From assembly GCA_965112155.1 (NCBI GenBank), contig OZ218099.1: a DNA stretch of 64,000 nt. The stretch is one strand, 5' to 3'. Origin of the DNA: Podarcis liolepis (lineage: Eukaryota). Under the pieces are notes generated by a model. That model was not told the DNA's origin. It was given only the letters and a program-made list of their open reading frames with translations, and searched no databases. The translations under genes and the position numbers were made by a program. This document shows positions 12,173-25,734 of this stretch, in pieces. Within the stretch, counting starts at the first letter, position 1; every line of letters begins with the position of its first letter.

Positions 12173-12275
12173 CATACAAAGGACCCTGCTGCATCAGACC
12201 TAAAGTCCAACTAGTTCAGCATTTGGTTCCCACAGTGGACAGAAGCCCATAAGCAGGGAATGATATCAATAGATG
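12173..12275 (-). mobile_element. CR1-like LINE 3' fragment, old
   Basis: ccctgctgcatcagacctaaagtccaactagttcagcat...cccacagtgg resembles the reverse complement of the 13540-13725 element. Confidence 0.45.
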
Positions 12276-13539
12276 ATGAAAACAAATGAAGGAGGTGAGG
12301 GGAAAGCCCTGGCCAGAGGTGCCTATTCAAGTAGCAGAATTTCCATCAGGATGGATGCTTTTGATTTTTGAGAACCAGCCCAAGTAGCGGGTGAATTGAC
12401 TTCAATGCTGAATGTGTTAGTGCTACTTTGTAGACTATGCTCAAATGATGTTCAGAACAACTGGAATATGAATGTTTTCAATGTCCAGTAGAAACTGGTT
12501 TATTTTGACAGTACATTCTAATCATTATAGACTTTGCATGTGGGAAATGCAAAAGCCAGTTTTAGTATTGTTGTGTTAAAATGGCCATAGAAAAGCAAGG
12601 CTGGGCTGAGCTGTTCTGAACTAAAAACAACACTGGAAGTGAACCAGCTGTTATTTCTCCCCATAACCCGATAACAGAGAGTCATCAAAAGCAATTAAAA
12701 GGCTGTAAATTTTTAGGATTGATATAGGAAGATCTGCTTTATGAAGCCTATAATCAGCCTGTGGAATGTCATGCCAGCACTGAGTACTGAGCCCTTACAC
12801 TGTGGGGAACATGGATAAAGGACTGGATATTTTCATGATCACTGGCGTCTTTTATAGCTGGTGGAGAAAAGATAAGAAACGTAATTTAATTTTTGTGCTG
12901 TGGGGTGAAACATGATCTGCTCCAGAAGTTCAGACTGGAAAGTCCACACCTGGCTGTGTGTGAGCAGCACAGAGCTATCTGTATACTGTGCACATATGGG
13001 CAGGTGTGGACTGGCTAGGAGTTGGGTGGGAGGAGAGTAGAAGCTGCCTTTCCTTGGAGGCAAAAATAGAGAATTTAAGAGAAGAATGAGCCAGGAGGGT
13101 AGGGCTTTGAATGCAGAGATTTAATGGACGTTTTGGCTTGACCCACAGTGTATATTTTGTAAAGCTTAATAAATTCAACTGGTCTATTTTGGAGTTAGTG
13201 GGTTTTAGATTGAAGACTTGGCTAATCCTAAAATAGGTTTCCAGGTGAGATGAGTAGATTGGGTTGGGCTGATATGTTTGATTCAGTAAGGTGGATTTTC
13301 TGTAGGGAGGAAGTGGAAGCATTGTGTAAAGGCTAAAGACTTCCATGTTGTACTGCTGGAAGGTAGATTTTACTTAGCAATTTCCCTACACAGCTTTCAA
13401 AAGTTGCTCTTGGTTTTGGAGACCTACGTTTCAGCAGTCAGTCAACTTTCCTAAGAACTAGTCTACTTCTTCCATAGACTCTTTCTTGTTTTAAGCTTCA
13501 TCAAGTTAAAGTAAAAGACGGAACATAGGTATATTTTAC

Positions 13540-13725
13540 TATCTCCACTGTTGGAAGCAGTCTGCCTTTGAGTACTAGTTGCAGGTGATCACAGGTGGAG
13601 AGAGCACTATTGCATCCAGGTTCCACTTGTGGTCTTCCCAAGGGCATCTGGTTGACCACTGTGAGAACAGAGTGCTGGACTGGTGGACCTGGGAAATGAT
13701 CCAGCAAGGCTCTTCTTGTTTTCTG
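13540..13725 (+). mobile_element. CR1-like LINE 3' end fragment
   Basis: ...ggcatctggttgaccactgtgagaacagagtgctggac...tgatccagcaaggctcttcttgttttct matches a recalled squamate CR1 3' terminus. Confidence 0.6.
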
Positions 13726-14463
13726 GTGTTGCAGCTACCAGGGTCTCTGGAAAGTAGTAACAGTAGATGCTTTTGTGTAGGTGTCCCTGTCTTTATCTCT
13801 TATCTTTAACCAATTACTTCAGTGTTTATCTCATTCCATTACACTTTGGTAAAGGCAAGGCAGTGTTTAAAAGGTTTGTGAATCGAAAAACCTATTCCTT
13901 TTTCTTTGCAGAAAAAAGCATTTTTGGTATCGGTGAGAAGTCCCCATCTTTTTCTCTAGCCCAGAACAGAGTTCTGAGTGTTCATTGATTGGCCAAGAGT
14001 GTCTGGGAGTTCCGGAATTATTTTCTAGCCACAGCCAATTAAAAGAGGATTAGGCTGTCAGCCAGCCATGGCAATGTGGTTTTGTTGGTCTGCTTTGGTG
14101 AAGGGCTGCTTGCTCTATTGCAAGATAAGATACTTTGTTAGGAAACCAGTCTCTCTAATTAGTTGTTATCTGCTGAATAATTTGTTTCATTTGGAAACAT
14201 GGGTGCTGTGGAGATACCAAGTCTCTGGATCTCTCTCAAAGCGAGGATTCCAGGGAGAGCACAGAGGCATTTCTTAAACCCTGGGAGCGGAATTGAGACC
14301 AAGTCAATTCTGACTTTCTCAGGAAGGAAAAACATTGTCTCTCCTGAGCTGCCAGCATGTTATGGAGTTGTTTTGTACATATGTGGAATACCCATTCAGC
14401 AGACTGACTGTATTCAAAAATATTTGAGGACAAACACACAACTGAAGCTGATGGATTACAGTA

Positions 14464-14683
14464 CAGTGGTACCTCGGGTTACATACGCTTCAAGTTACAG
14501 ACTCCGCTAACCCAGAAATAGTATCTCGGGTTAAAAACTTTGCTTCAGGATGAGAACAGAAATCGTGCTCCGGCGGCACAGCGAGAGGCCCCATTAGCTA
14601 AAGTGGTGCTTCAGGTTAAGAACAGTTTCAGGTTAAGAACTGACCTCTGAAATGAATTAAGTACTTAACCTGAGGTACCACTG
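14464..14683 (+). mobile_element. Tigger/pogo-type MITE, copy 2
   Basis: Same TIRs and body as copy 1; TA TSD. Confidence 0.9.
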
Positions 14684-15204
14684 TATTTTGGCATTAGTGT
14701 CTCTGGCAGTGATGAAAGTGAGAGGGAATAGAAGTGAGTACCAAACAAATATGGAATTCTGGTGAAACATTCATCACCCAAATTCATTGCTTGTTCATTG
14801 CACAAATGAGGTGATTTTTAGTCTTGGGGAAGAGTCTTCATCACAGACCAGCAATTTGAGAGACTTCGACAGTCTAAGAGACTTGCTTTAACAACCTGTG
14901 CCTTATTTTTACCATGTTTAGGAAAAGTATATTTATTTCGTTGAAGACTGTAAGAGTTGAGGATGAAAAAGCCTTGTTACAAATTGGTTTGGGTATTCAC
15001 AGGGTCTCAGTTCACTTCAAAAGGCTAATTCTAGCTTGCATAAATGAGGGCAGTTAAGATTGGAAAACTCCCAGACTCCAGGTCACCTGGATCATGATGC
15101 CTATACCTTTGCTACTGACAGGTAGGAATGTGAGATGGGGTGTACACTCTGAATGGAAGAGAACAGAAGCTGATGCAAAATAGCAAGATGAGGATGCAAA
15201 GAAC

Positions 15205-15814
15205 CAGGGCCAGCCCAGGCCTTTGGGCCTCTGACAATACATCCCCCCCCCGATCCCTGCCCCCACTGTTGTGCCTGCACTGCTGCTGACTCCAACACTA
15301 CAACAGCGCGCTTTCCTGTGGCTGTGCTTGTGCTGCTGCTATGATGCAGTGGTGGCAAGGGTGCAGGTGAAGCCGAGCAGGCTAGTACCAGGCATAGGGG
15401 GTGGATCTGCTGCCCGAGGCAAATGGCTTTACGTCACCTTATGGATGGGCTGCCTCTGTAAAGAACAGTGACAAGCAGGTGTGCCTAGTTCGGCGCAACA
15501 TTGGGGGGGCGTCATGTGTGCATGATGTCACACGCACAACCCGCCCCCCCCATGCCTGGCAGGTTTCGTGGTCACTTTCCAGGACACTCCAAGCCTCCTG
15601 CCCCAAGGACACTTTCCAGGACACTCCAAGCCTCCTGGTTATGGTGTGGGCACAGAGAGTGAAAATTTTCCTCCAAGTCTTCTGCCTCCACCTGGTGGGC
15701 CAGCACAAGCCGGGGGGGGGGAGTGATGGTGGGCCCTCAATGGGGGGGGAGGCCCATGCCTCAAAATATTGAGGGCGCTGAAGCCCCTTCTGCCCCCCAT
15801 GACCGGCGCCCCTG
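15205..15814. mobile_element. GC-rich composite of probable hAT-type MITE remnants
   Basis: CAGGGCCAGCCC-like start and ...CCGGCGCCCCTG end resemble hAT termini; internal exact 28-bp direct repeat. Boundaries and number of elements are uncertain. Confidence 0.35.
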
Positions 15815-17934
15815 AGGGCAAGTGAAGAGAATGTACTTCTGGCATTTTTATTTTAGATTTCTGCTGTCAGTCTACATTTCCAACATCCTCCAAGGACAGT
15901 TGTGATATCAAATAGACTCCACATTTGTTACTGTTTATGGGAAAGGGGATGAGGCAAAGGTGGACTATTAACATGAGAAAAAGATGAGGAGGGGAAACAA
16001 GTGGAGTTTTAGAAGAAGTGACAGGTTTTCTAGATGGGAGTATGTGCTGTAGCCTAGCCTCTTGGTGTATTCTGTTCTCTTACTAACTTTACAAGTATCA
16101 CATATACTTAAAGTGAATTTAATTCTCTGATTTCCTATCCTTGTGTATCCAAAATAGCACTATATATACACAAGAGGGAGGTCTGGGGGAACTGCAAGGA
16201 GGAAACTCTAATGGGGAAGAATCCCAGAACAGTTCTTTGTGGGCTAAGCATGGTAAACAATAATGGAATATTGACTGACTGTTGGTGGTGATCAGGGGCA
16301 GGGGAATGGAAAATCAGGAGTGGGGAAAATAGAACGGAGTATTACAGAAGAGTGTGTGATTAACTTGTGAAACCCTGAAGAGGACCACATTGTAACATTT
16401 TGTTGCACAGCCTCCAGAGTTTTACCATATAGTTTGTCAGCCTAGCAAGTTGCCAGAAAATTGCCCCATGCTTAGATATCCTTCCAACCAGCACCATCTA
16501 GCCTGAGAGGGCCTTTTAAAACAGCAAGAATGCAAGTTATCTATCGTGGGTTCTCTGGGCCATAATGAGATCCTCACATGCTCCTCCTCCTTTCCCTTTC
16601 CTCCAATATGACTGAAAGGCATGGATTAGGCAGTGACTGCTCCTCCTGTGTTACTCACTGATGTCAGCATTTTGTGGGAATTTAGGCTTGGGAGGCAGGG
16701 TCAGAGGTCATTGTGTAGACTCAGCTGCCTGTCCATCACCTTTTCAAAAGTCCGATTAGCAATCCCGTGGCTGTCACTGTGAATTAGGCATGCAATCTGG
16801 GGGAGTGACAACTGTCTATCAGAATTTACCAGGCTATGTCTCTCCCCCCCCCACCCCCTAAACTTTGTGGACTCCTTAACTGGGTGGGTGTGTTCACCCA
16901 CCTCTGATCACTCAGGCATGATGCCTTTTCAGGCTTGCTTTGTCTGCTGGCTGACGTTTGACTTTCAGTGCAGGAGGGTGCATTGAAAAGCTTAACTGTG
17001 AATTGCATGGAGCAGCAGGGGCTGCAGTTCCATTGAGCCCTTTATATGGTGTCTTCGTTTCATTCAGTCACCAGAAAGAAATACATTTTACAAAACCTAG
17101 AAAAGCTGCTTTGGAGACAAACAAACCTTTCACAGAAGAGTCCTGGGGAGAGTGAGTGTGAGGTTTAAAGACAGGTGGCAAGAGGTTTAACAAGTTTCTA
17201 GATTCCTGCAAAGTCCTTTTCAGCAAAGGTCTAGTGCTGGCACAGGCAAGGGCAGCACAAAGGGGATCAATTGCTTAGCCAGGATCTGCCTATCTGTCTA
17301 AAGCATTTTTACCCACACATATGCTAGCTGAAAAGGCTCCTAGAACAGCTTACAATAATCAGTAGTAAAATTTGGGCTGAAGACATGTTGGCTGCTCTTC
17401 CTTGCAAATTATGAGGGTGTTGTATTATTAATGTGATGAGAACAAAAGCTGTGGAAAAATTCCCAACTCAAGAAAATGAATACCAAGGGTATATATCCAG
17501 ATGGCTCTGATTTCAGGGCTTAGGCGTGCACCGTTTCATTGCATCAGATATCCACAAGCTGACTGTGATACTTTATTGTGCACTAGTCCTTGCAGCTGAT
17601 GGGGATTGGTGTGGACCAGTGTGGGTCTGCCACATGCATGACTGACTTCTTTCAGCAAAAACAAATGTGTTCCAGTGGAACATTCACCTTCCTTTCCCTG
17701 ATGTGTTTTTTGTGTTTCTGGCTGAGCACTGTAGTGCCCAGAGACAACACAGGAACCTATGTCTGAGTGGCATTACAAGCGGGGAGAAGTCACCCACACT
17801 ACATTTACATCACGAGGAAGAAATGTATATTACATTTGATTCATTTACTTTCTGTTTGTCATAACAATTATGTTCCCATTTTCTGGAACAAGATTAAGGT
17901 CTGTGAGTAGGTGGTTCATCTGTTAAATAAAATG

Positions 17935-18260
17935 GAGCTTAATTTGTTCTGGATGGGTTTGCACCCCTGAAAGATGTGACTTGTGGCTTGGGAAGCTCCT
18001 AGATCTAGCTCTGTCATTAAAAGCTCAAGTGGCTTCAGTGGCACAGAACGTATTCCATAAGTTGGGGCACCACCTGTGTCTTCTTCTGGATAGAGATAGT
18101 TTGACCACAGTTACCTATATCCTATAATATGTTTTACATGGTGCCTTTGATTAGCTTGATTACTAACTGGGACTGGTCTCTGAGAAGTTGTTACAGCAGT
18201 GTTTCAAGAGCTTCATTGGCTCCTGGTCTGGTTTGGGGCACAGGTCAAAGTGCCAGTGCT
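17935..18260 (+). mobile_element. L2 LINE ORF2 C-terminal fragment, highly degenerate
   Basis: Similar to the fragment at 18810-19320 (ctggatggg...gatctagc...gctcaagtggc..cagtggcacagaa...cttcattggctc...aggtcaaagtg). Confidence 0.55.
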
Positions 18261-18809
18261 TCCTTTATTATTTACTTCAACCACTTAACACCATTGTCTC
18301 TATAAGTGGTGTACAGTAAGGTTGAAGGGATACAATAAAGATAAAATCAGTTAAAACTAACCATAAAACTGGAAAATTTACTTAAAATGCTTGCTGAAAT
18401 AAAAAAAAAGGTCTTCACCAAGTGCTAGACCTTTAGCAGGGATGTGAAGGAACACCTGAACCCACTTCCACCTGTGCCTCTGTGCATCTTTGGAAGCTCT
18501 TCTCAAGGTGTCTGACAGCAACTGGGGAAAGGGCTTTCTTGGTTGTAGTGCTCCACCTGTGAAATTCTTCTCAAGTGAGGCATACCTGGCCCATACACTT
18601 TTGTCATTAGGTGAATGACACTTTTCAGCATTAGGTGAATACCATTTTCCCTTCCTGGCAGGGTGCAGGAAGACTCTTGCCTTGCCCTTTGGCACTTATG
18701 CTGTGGGCTACCTCATGTCTGTATTTTGTTGTCCATGCTATTTAACTTCTACAGCCACTGGGAGAGGATTGTTGGTGGTTCATCTGCCCATTTAGGTGGT
18801 GATTAATCT

Positions 18810-19320
18810 ACTTTGGATGAGGTTGTAATCCCCTAGACAAATATGTTTATAATCTGGGGGTGTTTGCAGATCCAGCAGCATCACTTGAGGCTCAGTTGGC
18901 CGTAGTGGCTCAGAGGGCCTTTTATCAGGTTTGGCTGATCTACCAACTATGACCATACATGAACAGAGTTAAACTTGTAACAACTATCCACGCTCTGGTA
19001 ATAACCTAGTTGGGTTACTCATTATTGCAATGCATTATACATGAGGTTGTCTTTGGAAATGATCTGGAAACTTCACCTGGTCCAAAACATAGCAGCTAGA
19101 TTATTATTGGGAACTGATAAATATGATTACATCACACCAGTGCTCCCAGTCTATTTCTGTGTCCAATTAAAAGTGTTGGTTTTAACCTCTAATGCCCTAA
19201 ATGGCTTAAAACCAGGTGACCTGGTGTATATTCTGTCATGTGTGCTGCTTGGTTCTTGAGATTGTCATTGCAATCCCTTCTCCAGGTTCCTCCATGTAAT
19301 GAAGTGTGGTAGGTACCTCT
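18810..19320 (+). mobile_element. L2 LINE ORF2 (RT C-terminal) fragment
   Basis: ORF 19041..19259 KLHLVQNIAARLLLG...YITPVL...QLKVLVLTSNALNGLKP matches L2 motifs (LQLVQNAAARL, HITPVL, FKVLVLT.KALNGLGP). Confidence 0.8.
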
Positions 19321-21949
19321 CTATGTAAATCTTCCAGGGTGGACGAGGGAGAAATCAGTGATGCAAACTTATGTGCTTTAATATTGTAACATGTTTGTTT
19401 TTGTAACGTGCACACCAGACCTTACATAGATGCACCATAAATTTCATACAGACTGAGAGTCTAATACCGACTGGTTCCAAGGAAACAGTTTGGTCCCCTG
19501 AACTGATTATAGTCATACTATTTGACACTATTCCTCCCTCAAGAATAATAAAATGGGGGGGGGGGGAATCCTTCAGCATCGCCCCCCCATGAGCGAACCT
19601 TTATCTGAACCTTAATTAGAGATGTATATCTGAGTGTATCCATGGTCCTTAATATTGTGTTTCAGAAGTCCAAATTTGAGACGCAAAATAAATGACGCAC
19701 ACACTTATAGAATCTTCTTAATGTGCATGCTTCATTTTGTACCCAATATTCATGATTCTGTACAATGTTTTTATGGTGAATTAGCAAGCAGGCAAGAGTT
19801 GTGGTATGAAAACTTGGAGAATTGAGGGTTTACAGGTAGGGGGCAAGCTTATGAAGGAAAGCCAGGTAGAATTATGCAGGAATTCAACATGGCAATCATA
19901 TTGTCAGCACAAGGTTTTCATTTTGCCAGATGGAGCAGTCCTCTCTCTCCTCATCCTGTCCCCAGTTCTGGGGGTTCTCCTAACCCTCTGAGCCAGTTAC
20001 AGGAGAGGGAAGCCCTGTTGTCCCAGCAGGAGCACTTGCACTGGTTTCCACTGTTGCACTCATTATTGAGTCCCACTGTCAGAATCTTTGTGCTTAAATA
20101 TTTGCAGTATGTGTCTCTAAAACCAAGAGGGCTGGAAACAAGCCAAGATTTTCAGGAATCCAAACATCTTACCACTCACACACCAAATTCTGTATGCGAT
20201 TACAAAGGATGAGCAAAGATCTAGTAAGGCTACTTTATTTAAAAGGTTGCATTCCCCAACTCACATTATGGTTTTAGAAGCACCTATAGGGATGGATGAG
20301 ACCACCACAGGGCTTTAGATGCACATTATGCAGTGCTGGAAAGACCAGAATAAGAAAAATGCTGCCATGATTGTTTGGAAGCTTGCAAGACTCAACATTT
20401 CAAACTCAGAACTGCTTTTTCTGGCATTACAAAGCTGTGGTGTCTGTAGATATTTTCACTCTGCTTTCTTACATGTATTATCTTTTGATACAGTTGAGCA
20501 GGGAAGTATAATATCAAAATAGTTCTCAGTGCCTTTGGGTGATGGTATCCTTAACAATATGTTGAAAGGCTCCAACTGTGGTTAACTGTAATCCTGATCT
20601 CTCATTTCCCCCTGATGTTCTCTGTTTGTGTTTTGCTTATTTTTATCCTGCCTCTTTTGATGCATAGTTTTAATGATGTTGTAACTTTTTCCATTGATTC
20701 CATTCTGCAGCTATTTAAGTAGCTCTCTAAATGTCTATAAAAACAGACAAATATCTTCCGCTTTTTCTGTTCTGGTTTGTTAATGAACATCTGTAGAGTA
20801 AAGATGTGCTTAGTAGTTGGTTCTTCTGGGCAGTATCCAATTTGCTTTTGTGCACATTGTTCAGGTACACTGCATGCTGTTTTAAAGGTGGCTGCTGTGC
20901 AACAATTTGCTGACATTGCTCCAGTGTATACTATCATTGTTTGGAAGTGAGAAAAAGCAGAGCATGTATTTGTGGTTGGGAACTGTTTCTCCCTGTCACT
21001 GCTTCTAAGAAGTGTTATGAAAATAGAGTTAGTTTATGCAGTTTGGTTTATTCTTGAATATTCAGTGCTGGGTGTGGGTGTGGGTGCGCATGCGCACATG
21101 CAGGGTTTGCACCCCTTAGTGTAGGTCATATTCAGAACTTGTAAGTTAGGGTGTTAAGGAAATACTCTGGGAAAAGGCAGGCATCTCTCCTCCACCCTTG
21201 ACATCATACTCCAAAACACAACCCTGCTTTTCAACCCTGCCAGTTATGCAGACTGCACATCTTCCCATTTCCAGCATTTCTATTGCATTTTCAAAATTAA
21301 CTGCAATTTTTAACAGAACCATTCCTTTCTCTGTTCTCTTTGTGGGGCTGACTTGCATAAGCATCAGACGGTCTCTCTGCAGATTTGGGCATTCTAAATT
21401 GAGGGAATTTTTGCCTTTTACCTGGTTTAAATTCTTTCCAGGTTTGCCGGGAGGAAAATTGGTGTCTATTGTCTCTCCACCTTGAGCTCATTTCCCCCTC
21501 ACGTAGTTGGATTTGGTTCCTGTTGGAGCCCTGATTCTGTGGGGTGCTGTGATGAGTGCAACATATGTCAGCCTCAAGTGTGTTCAAGTTGCTACATCCC
21601 CTTACAGTCATTGCACTTTAAATTATGATACTCCAAATCAGTCTGGCTTTTTAATACTGCAGTTTGCTTCTCCTCAGCAATTGGAATGAGGCTTCTCCCT
21701 AGTTTCTGGCATCCTGAGCCATGCCCAGCAAGGTGCAGTCTGAATCAGCTCATAATTCTATAATTGATATAACTTTGCTTTGATAATGTTATTCTACAAT
21801 CTGTGCTTACAGTATTTTACACACATTCATTGAGTTTAGGATCAGCACTGGCATCTGTGTGTTCTCTCTCTCCCTCTCTTTCTCTCCCCACAAACACACA
21901 CACCACAGACAAGCTTTGAAACTAGAAGATGTTTTTTTTTTAAAAAAAA

Positions 21950-22870
21950 TTACCTACTTACTATATTTATAAACTAGCTTTCAGTCATACAGGTTCCGAA
22001 TACAGTTCACATTTAAAACAATTCCAGTATAAACACCAGTAGGCCAAAACATCTAACCAAATAACATAACAGCAGGGCAATTGAAAAATGAGTGCTACTG
22101 GTGACTTGAAATGAGTGTAAAATGGTGGTGTCTGGCCAGGCAAGGGCAAGCAAATCCTTCCTATTGTACCACTTAAGGCAACAATTTCAGTGTGGCTAAT
22201 GGGCTGCAACCACTCGCTCAATCACCTTGCCCAAGAATGGAAGATTTGAGACTGGGCGATAGTTGGCCATATTGGCTGAGTCTAAAGATGTTTTTTAAGA
22301 AACGGTTTATTGACCGCCTCTTTCAGCGAGTCTGGCGGCTCCCTTGTAAGTTTGTGTCAGCGTGGAAGTTAAAATCCCCTAGGACAACCAAAGTTGGTGT
22401 CTCCAGGGAAACATCTGCCACGACCTGAAGCAGCTCAGGCAGGGAAACCTTGGTGCAGCGGGGAGGTCGGTACACCAAAAGGAATCCTGTACTGACCCTA
22501 TTGCCCAACTTCCAGAACATGCACTCAGAGAACTGGGTCTTCCCAATAGGATGCCTGGTGCAAACTAATGACTTCCTAAAAATCACTGCAACCCCCCTTC
22601 CCGCCCACAAGGCCTGGGTTGCTGTGTGTAAGAGAAAGCTGGTGGACAAGCAGCAGCAAGGACAGGCCCATCTGCTTCATCCAACCAAGTCTCTGTTACA
22701 CATGCCAGGTCAAGTCCTTCATCCACGATCAAGTCATGGATGGCAGTGGTCTTATTCATCATTGACCTGGCATTGCACAGCAGCATCTTCAGGTTATGTG
22801 GGTATCCCTTGCTGATTCCAGTATCCGTCTGGACAAGACCAGACCCAGAGACAGGGATAGTCCTCAAATA
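21950..22870 (-). mobile_element. L2-clade LINE pseudogene: APE endonuclease domain joined to the start of RT, then an L2-like 3' tail
   Basis: Minus-strand ORFs LLCNARSMMNK...ACVTETWL...GGVAVI...LVYRPP...LVVLGDFNFH (endonuclease), directly followed by PDSLKEAV / KTSLDSANMANYRPVSNLPFLGKVIERVVA (RT start); frameshifted. Confidence 0.85.
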
Positions 22871-23076
22871 ATGACTAAACCAGCAGTGATTTTCTATACC
22901 TACTAAAGTCCAATGTTCAATACAGGAAACTGCTTTATACCAAGTAAAGTCATGCTTTATACCAAGTGAAGTATGTAGCCCAGCATTATCTCTGAATGGC
23001 AGCATCCCTCCAGGGTCTCAGACAAAGTTCTCTCAAATCATCTGCAAATAATCATTCTAATTGGTGATACCAGGTA

Positions 23077-23321
23077 CAGTGGTACCTCAGGTTACAGATG
23101 CTTCAGGTTACATACGCTTCAGGTTACAGACTCTGCTAACCCAGAAATAGTACCTCGGGCTAAGAACTTTGCTTCAGGATGAGAACAGAAATCATTCTCT
23201 GGCAGTGCGGCAGCAGCAGCAGGAAGCCCCATTAGCTAAAGTGGTGCTTCAGGTTAAGAACAGTTTCAGGTTAAGAAGGGACCTCCAGAACAAATTAAGT
23301 ACTTAACCTGAGGTACCACTG
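23077..23321 (+). mobile_element. Tigger/pogo-type MITE, copy 3
   Basis: Same TIRs and body; TA TSD. Confidence 0.9.
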
Positions 23322-25734
23322 TACGTATGTTCCATCAAAGCCCACAGAACAGAGGCCTTTAAGGAGAGAATAGGACTTTGCTTTCCCCAGACAAGCACAA
23401 GGCAGCTCAGTAAGTGCAACAGATGCAAAATGCATCAAACAGCTTTATGGATTAGCCTCATATAACAGATATGTTCTTTTGTCTGTTCAGAAAAGCAGCT
23501 ACAAATAAATATAGATAGTGGTATTAAAAATAAAGTAATAGCCCTAGAAAAAAAATATTTAGTAGGGAAAAGAAAGGGCAAAGCAGTTTCTGAGATGCTC
23601 TGGAAGTTGACCCATAGTGAAGCTCCCCACACATCTCACATTCAATGACACCTATAGACACATCCTCAGATGCACTTGTATAAAGTGACATAGAAAAAAA
23701 CATGGACTGCAGTCATAGACATCCCAACTAAGTACCCCAATTTCTGAACATCATTACACTTTGGTTTTAAGGTGCTTGTTCTTTTGGCCCTGAACATTTT
23801 GTTTTATATTGCAAGAAGACCCTGCACTCCAGGCCCAAATCCACTAAAAGGAAAAGGTGACTGCTAATATATTAAAGTCCTCTAAGCACTACAGGGAAAA
23901 TGGAAAGGTTAGCTCAAATCTCAGCTCAGCAGGAAGAAGAGGGCGTGGGTGGGAAACTGGTAGAATGTGTGCAGAACTATTACAGGGAAGACATTATCCC
24001 TTCTCCAAGTCAGCAATGATCCCTGTCTAGCAGGTTGAAAACTTTCAAGGAGATTTGCTACAAAAATAGATTCAAGTGCTACAGCAATGAGTCTTCAACA
24101 AGCAGAAGGAAATGGCACAAAGTAATGACTGATGGAGGGGCATTTATGGGGATAGATAGACGGATGGAAAAACAGCTAGGAACTTGAACCTCTTCTGAGT
24201 TTATGAAGAGGTTTTATAATCCTATTAGATCAACCAAATGAAACAAAGGATTGGCCTCCACCCAGTCTGGTGAGGAGGGTTTCTGCCGGCACCCTGGGAA
24301 GCTACCAGATGGACTTGAGGAGCAAAAGGGGTGATAGGACAGGCTGATAGGAGGAGCCCGTCTGTCTCTCTTTCATTTAATCTCGCTTTGAGATTGGATT
24401 AGCCAGGTGGAGTGTCCCTTGCTCCTCTGCTGGAGTTTGGGCTGACTGAAAAATCCAAAGCAAGTCTGAGCTGATATCCCAAGAATAGTGGGGTAGTTTA
24501 GCTGCAGATCAGAGTCTACCATATTCTTTGTGGGCACCTATCCCTAGGTTGAGGATAGGACCTGCCATAGTGGCATAAAAATCAGCCCAGTTAATCTTAA
24601 CAGTAGACCAAATGCCTATTGCAGCAGCAGTAGCCAGCATATATATTTCTCTGTGCAAAATGCTTCAGTGTTAATGTCTTTTTAGGACCTTGCCACTTGG
24701 TTGGGCACATGGATCATTTTATTCCCTCATGGGTATGTGTGCACTATTCTTTCTTCCCATCCCATCTACCCATCCATCCATCTGCCCATCCACTTCAAGA
24801 TATTCAACACCTGCACTTGGCTTTCTCTTGTTTTCATAGCTCAAGCGCAAACTTGAGATCACAGTGCAAGTCATTATAAAGAGCTTCTGAGGGGGGTTGA
24901 TATTGGGGAGAAGTGTTTGTTTATAATGCATGTGATTTTTAAAACAATTCCATTTTTAGGTTTAGTGCCAACTCCTTTGTCTCTTGCTTAGGATCCTCTA
25001 CAAGGCAGATGCCACCTTGTTACAAGGCAAGTGGCTTTGCTGTGTGGGAGAGGATAGTAATGATGTAATTAGCAACCCCCCCTGGCTTCTAGGGGTTGTG
25101 CAGTTGTTATTTCCTTGCAAAAGGTTTTAATCTATGAGCTGATAGAAAACAGCAGGGGTGATAAGAGACCTTGCTGAGCTACATAGATTACAATTCCCTG
25201 TCTAGGAATTAGCCTGAAAAAAACAAAGCCTGGGGGAAGGAAGAATTCCAGATAAGGGAGGAGTGACTCCATCCTCTCCACCCCTGCTGATTGTGGTATC
25301 CTCTATGTCACCTCTGACTTAGAAGACTTCATACATTATGAGAGACAACTGGATTGATGGATAGATTTTTTAAAAGATGTGAATATATGTCAGGAAGCCC
25401 TAACCAGTCACTGGTATGTGTGCATTTTCTACATCTTCCAAAACACCCACCTGTCTCATAAACATGTTACATTTTAGAGTGTGCACTATATGTATGGGTT
25501 GTAAACATAGTGTGTGAACCTCCCCTCCTTTTGTTCCCACTTAGCCTAATGTGGCCTCCTTTTGGCTATATGAACCTTTTCATAGATCAGTAAGATATCC
25601 AAACCCTTGTGCATCTATGATCTCCTAGAAGGGTCTATTTGCAGAGACAGATCACAGCATATGAGCCAATATACCATACTGGTCGTTGGAAACATAGATG
25701 AAGCTCAAGAGTATAATTATGTACATACATATTC

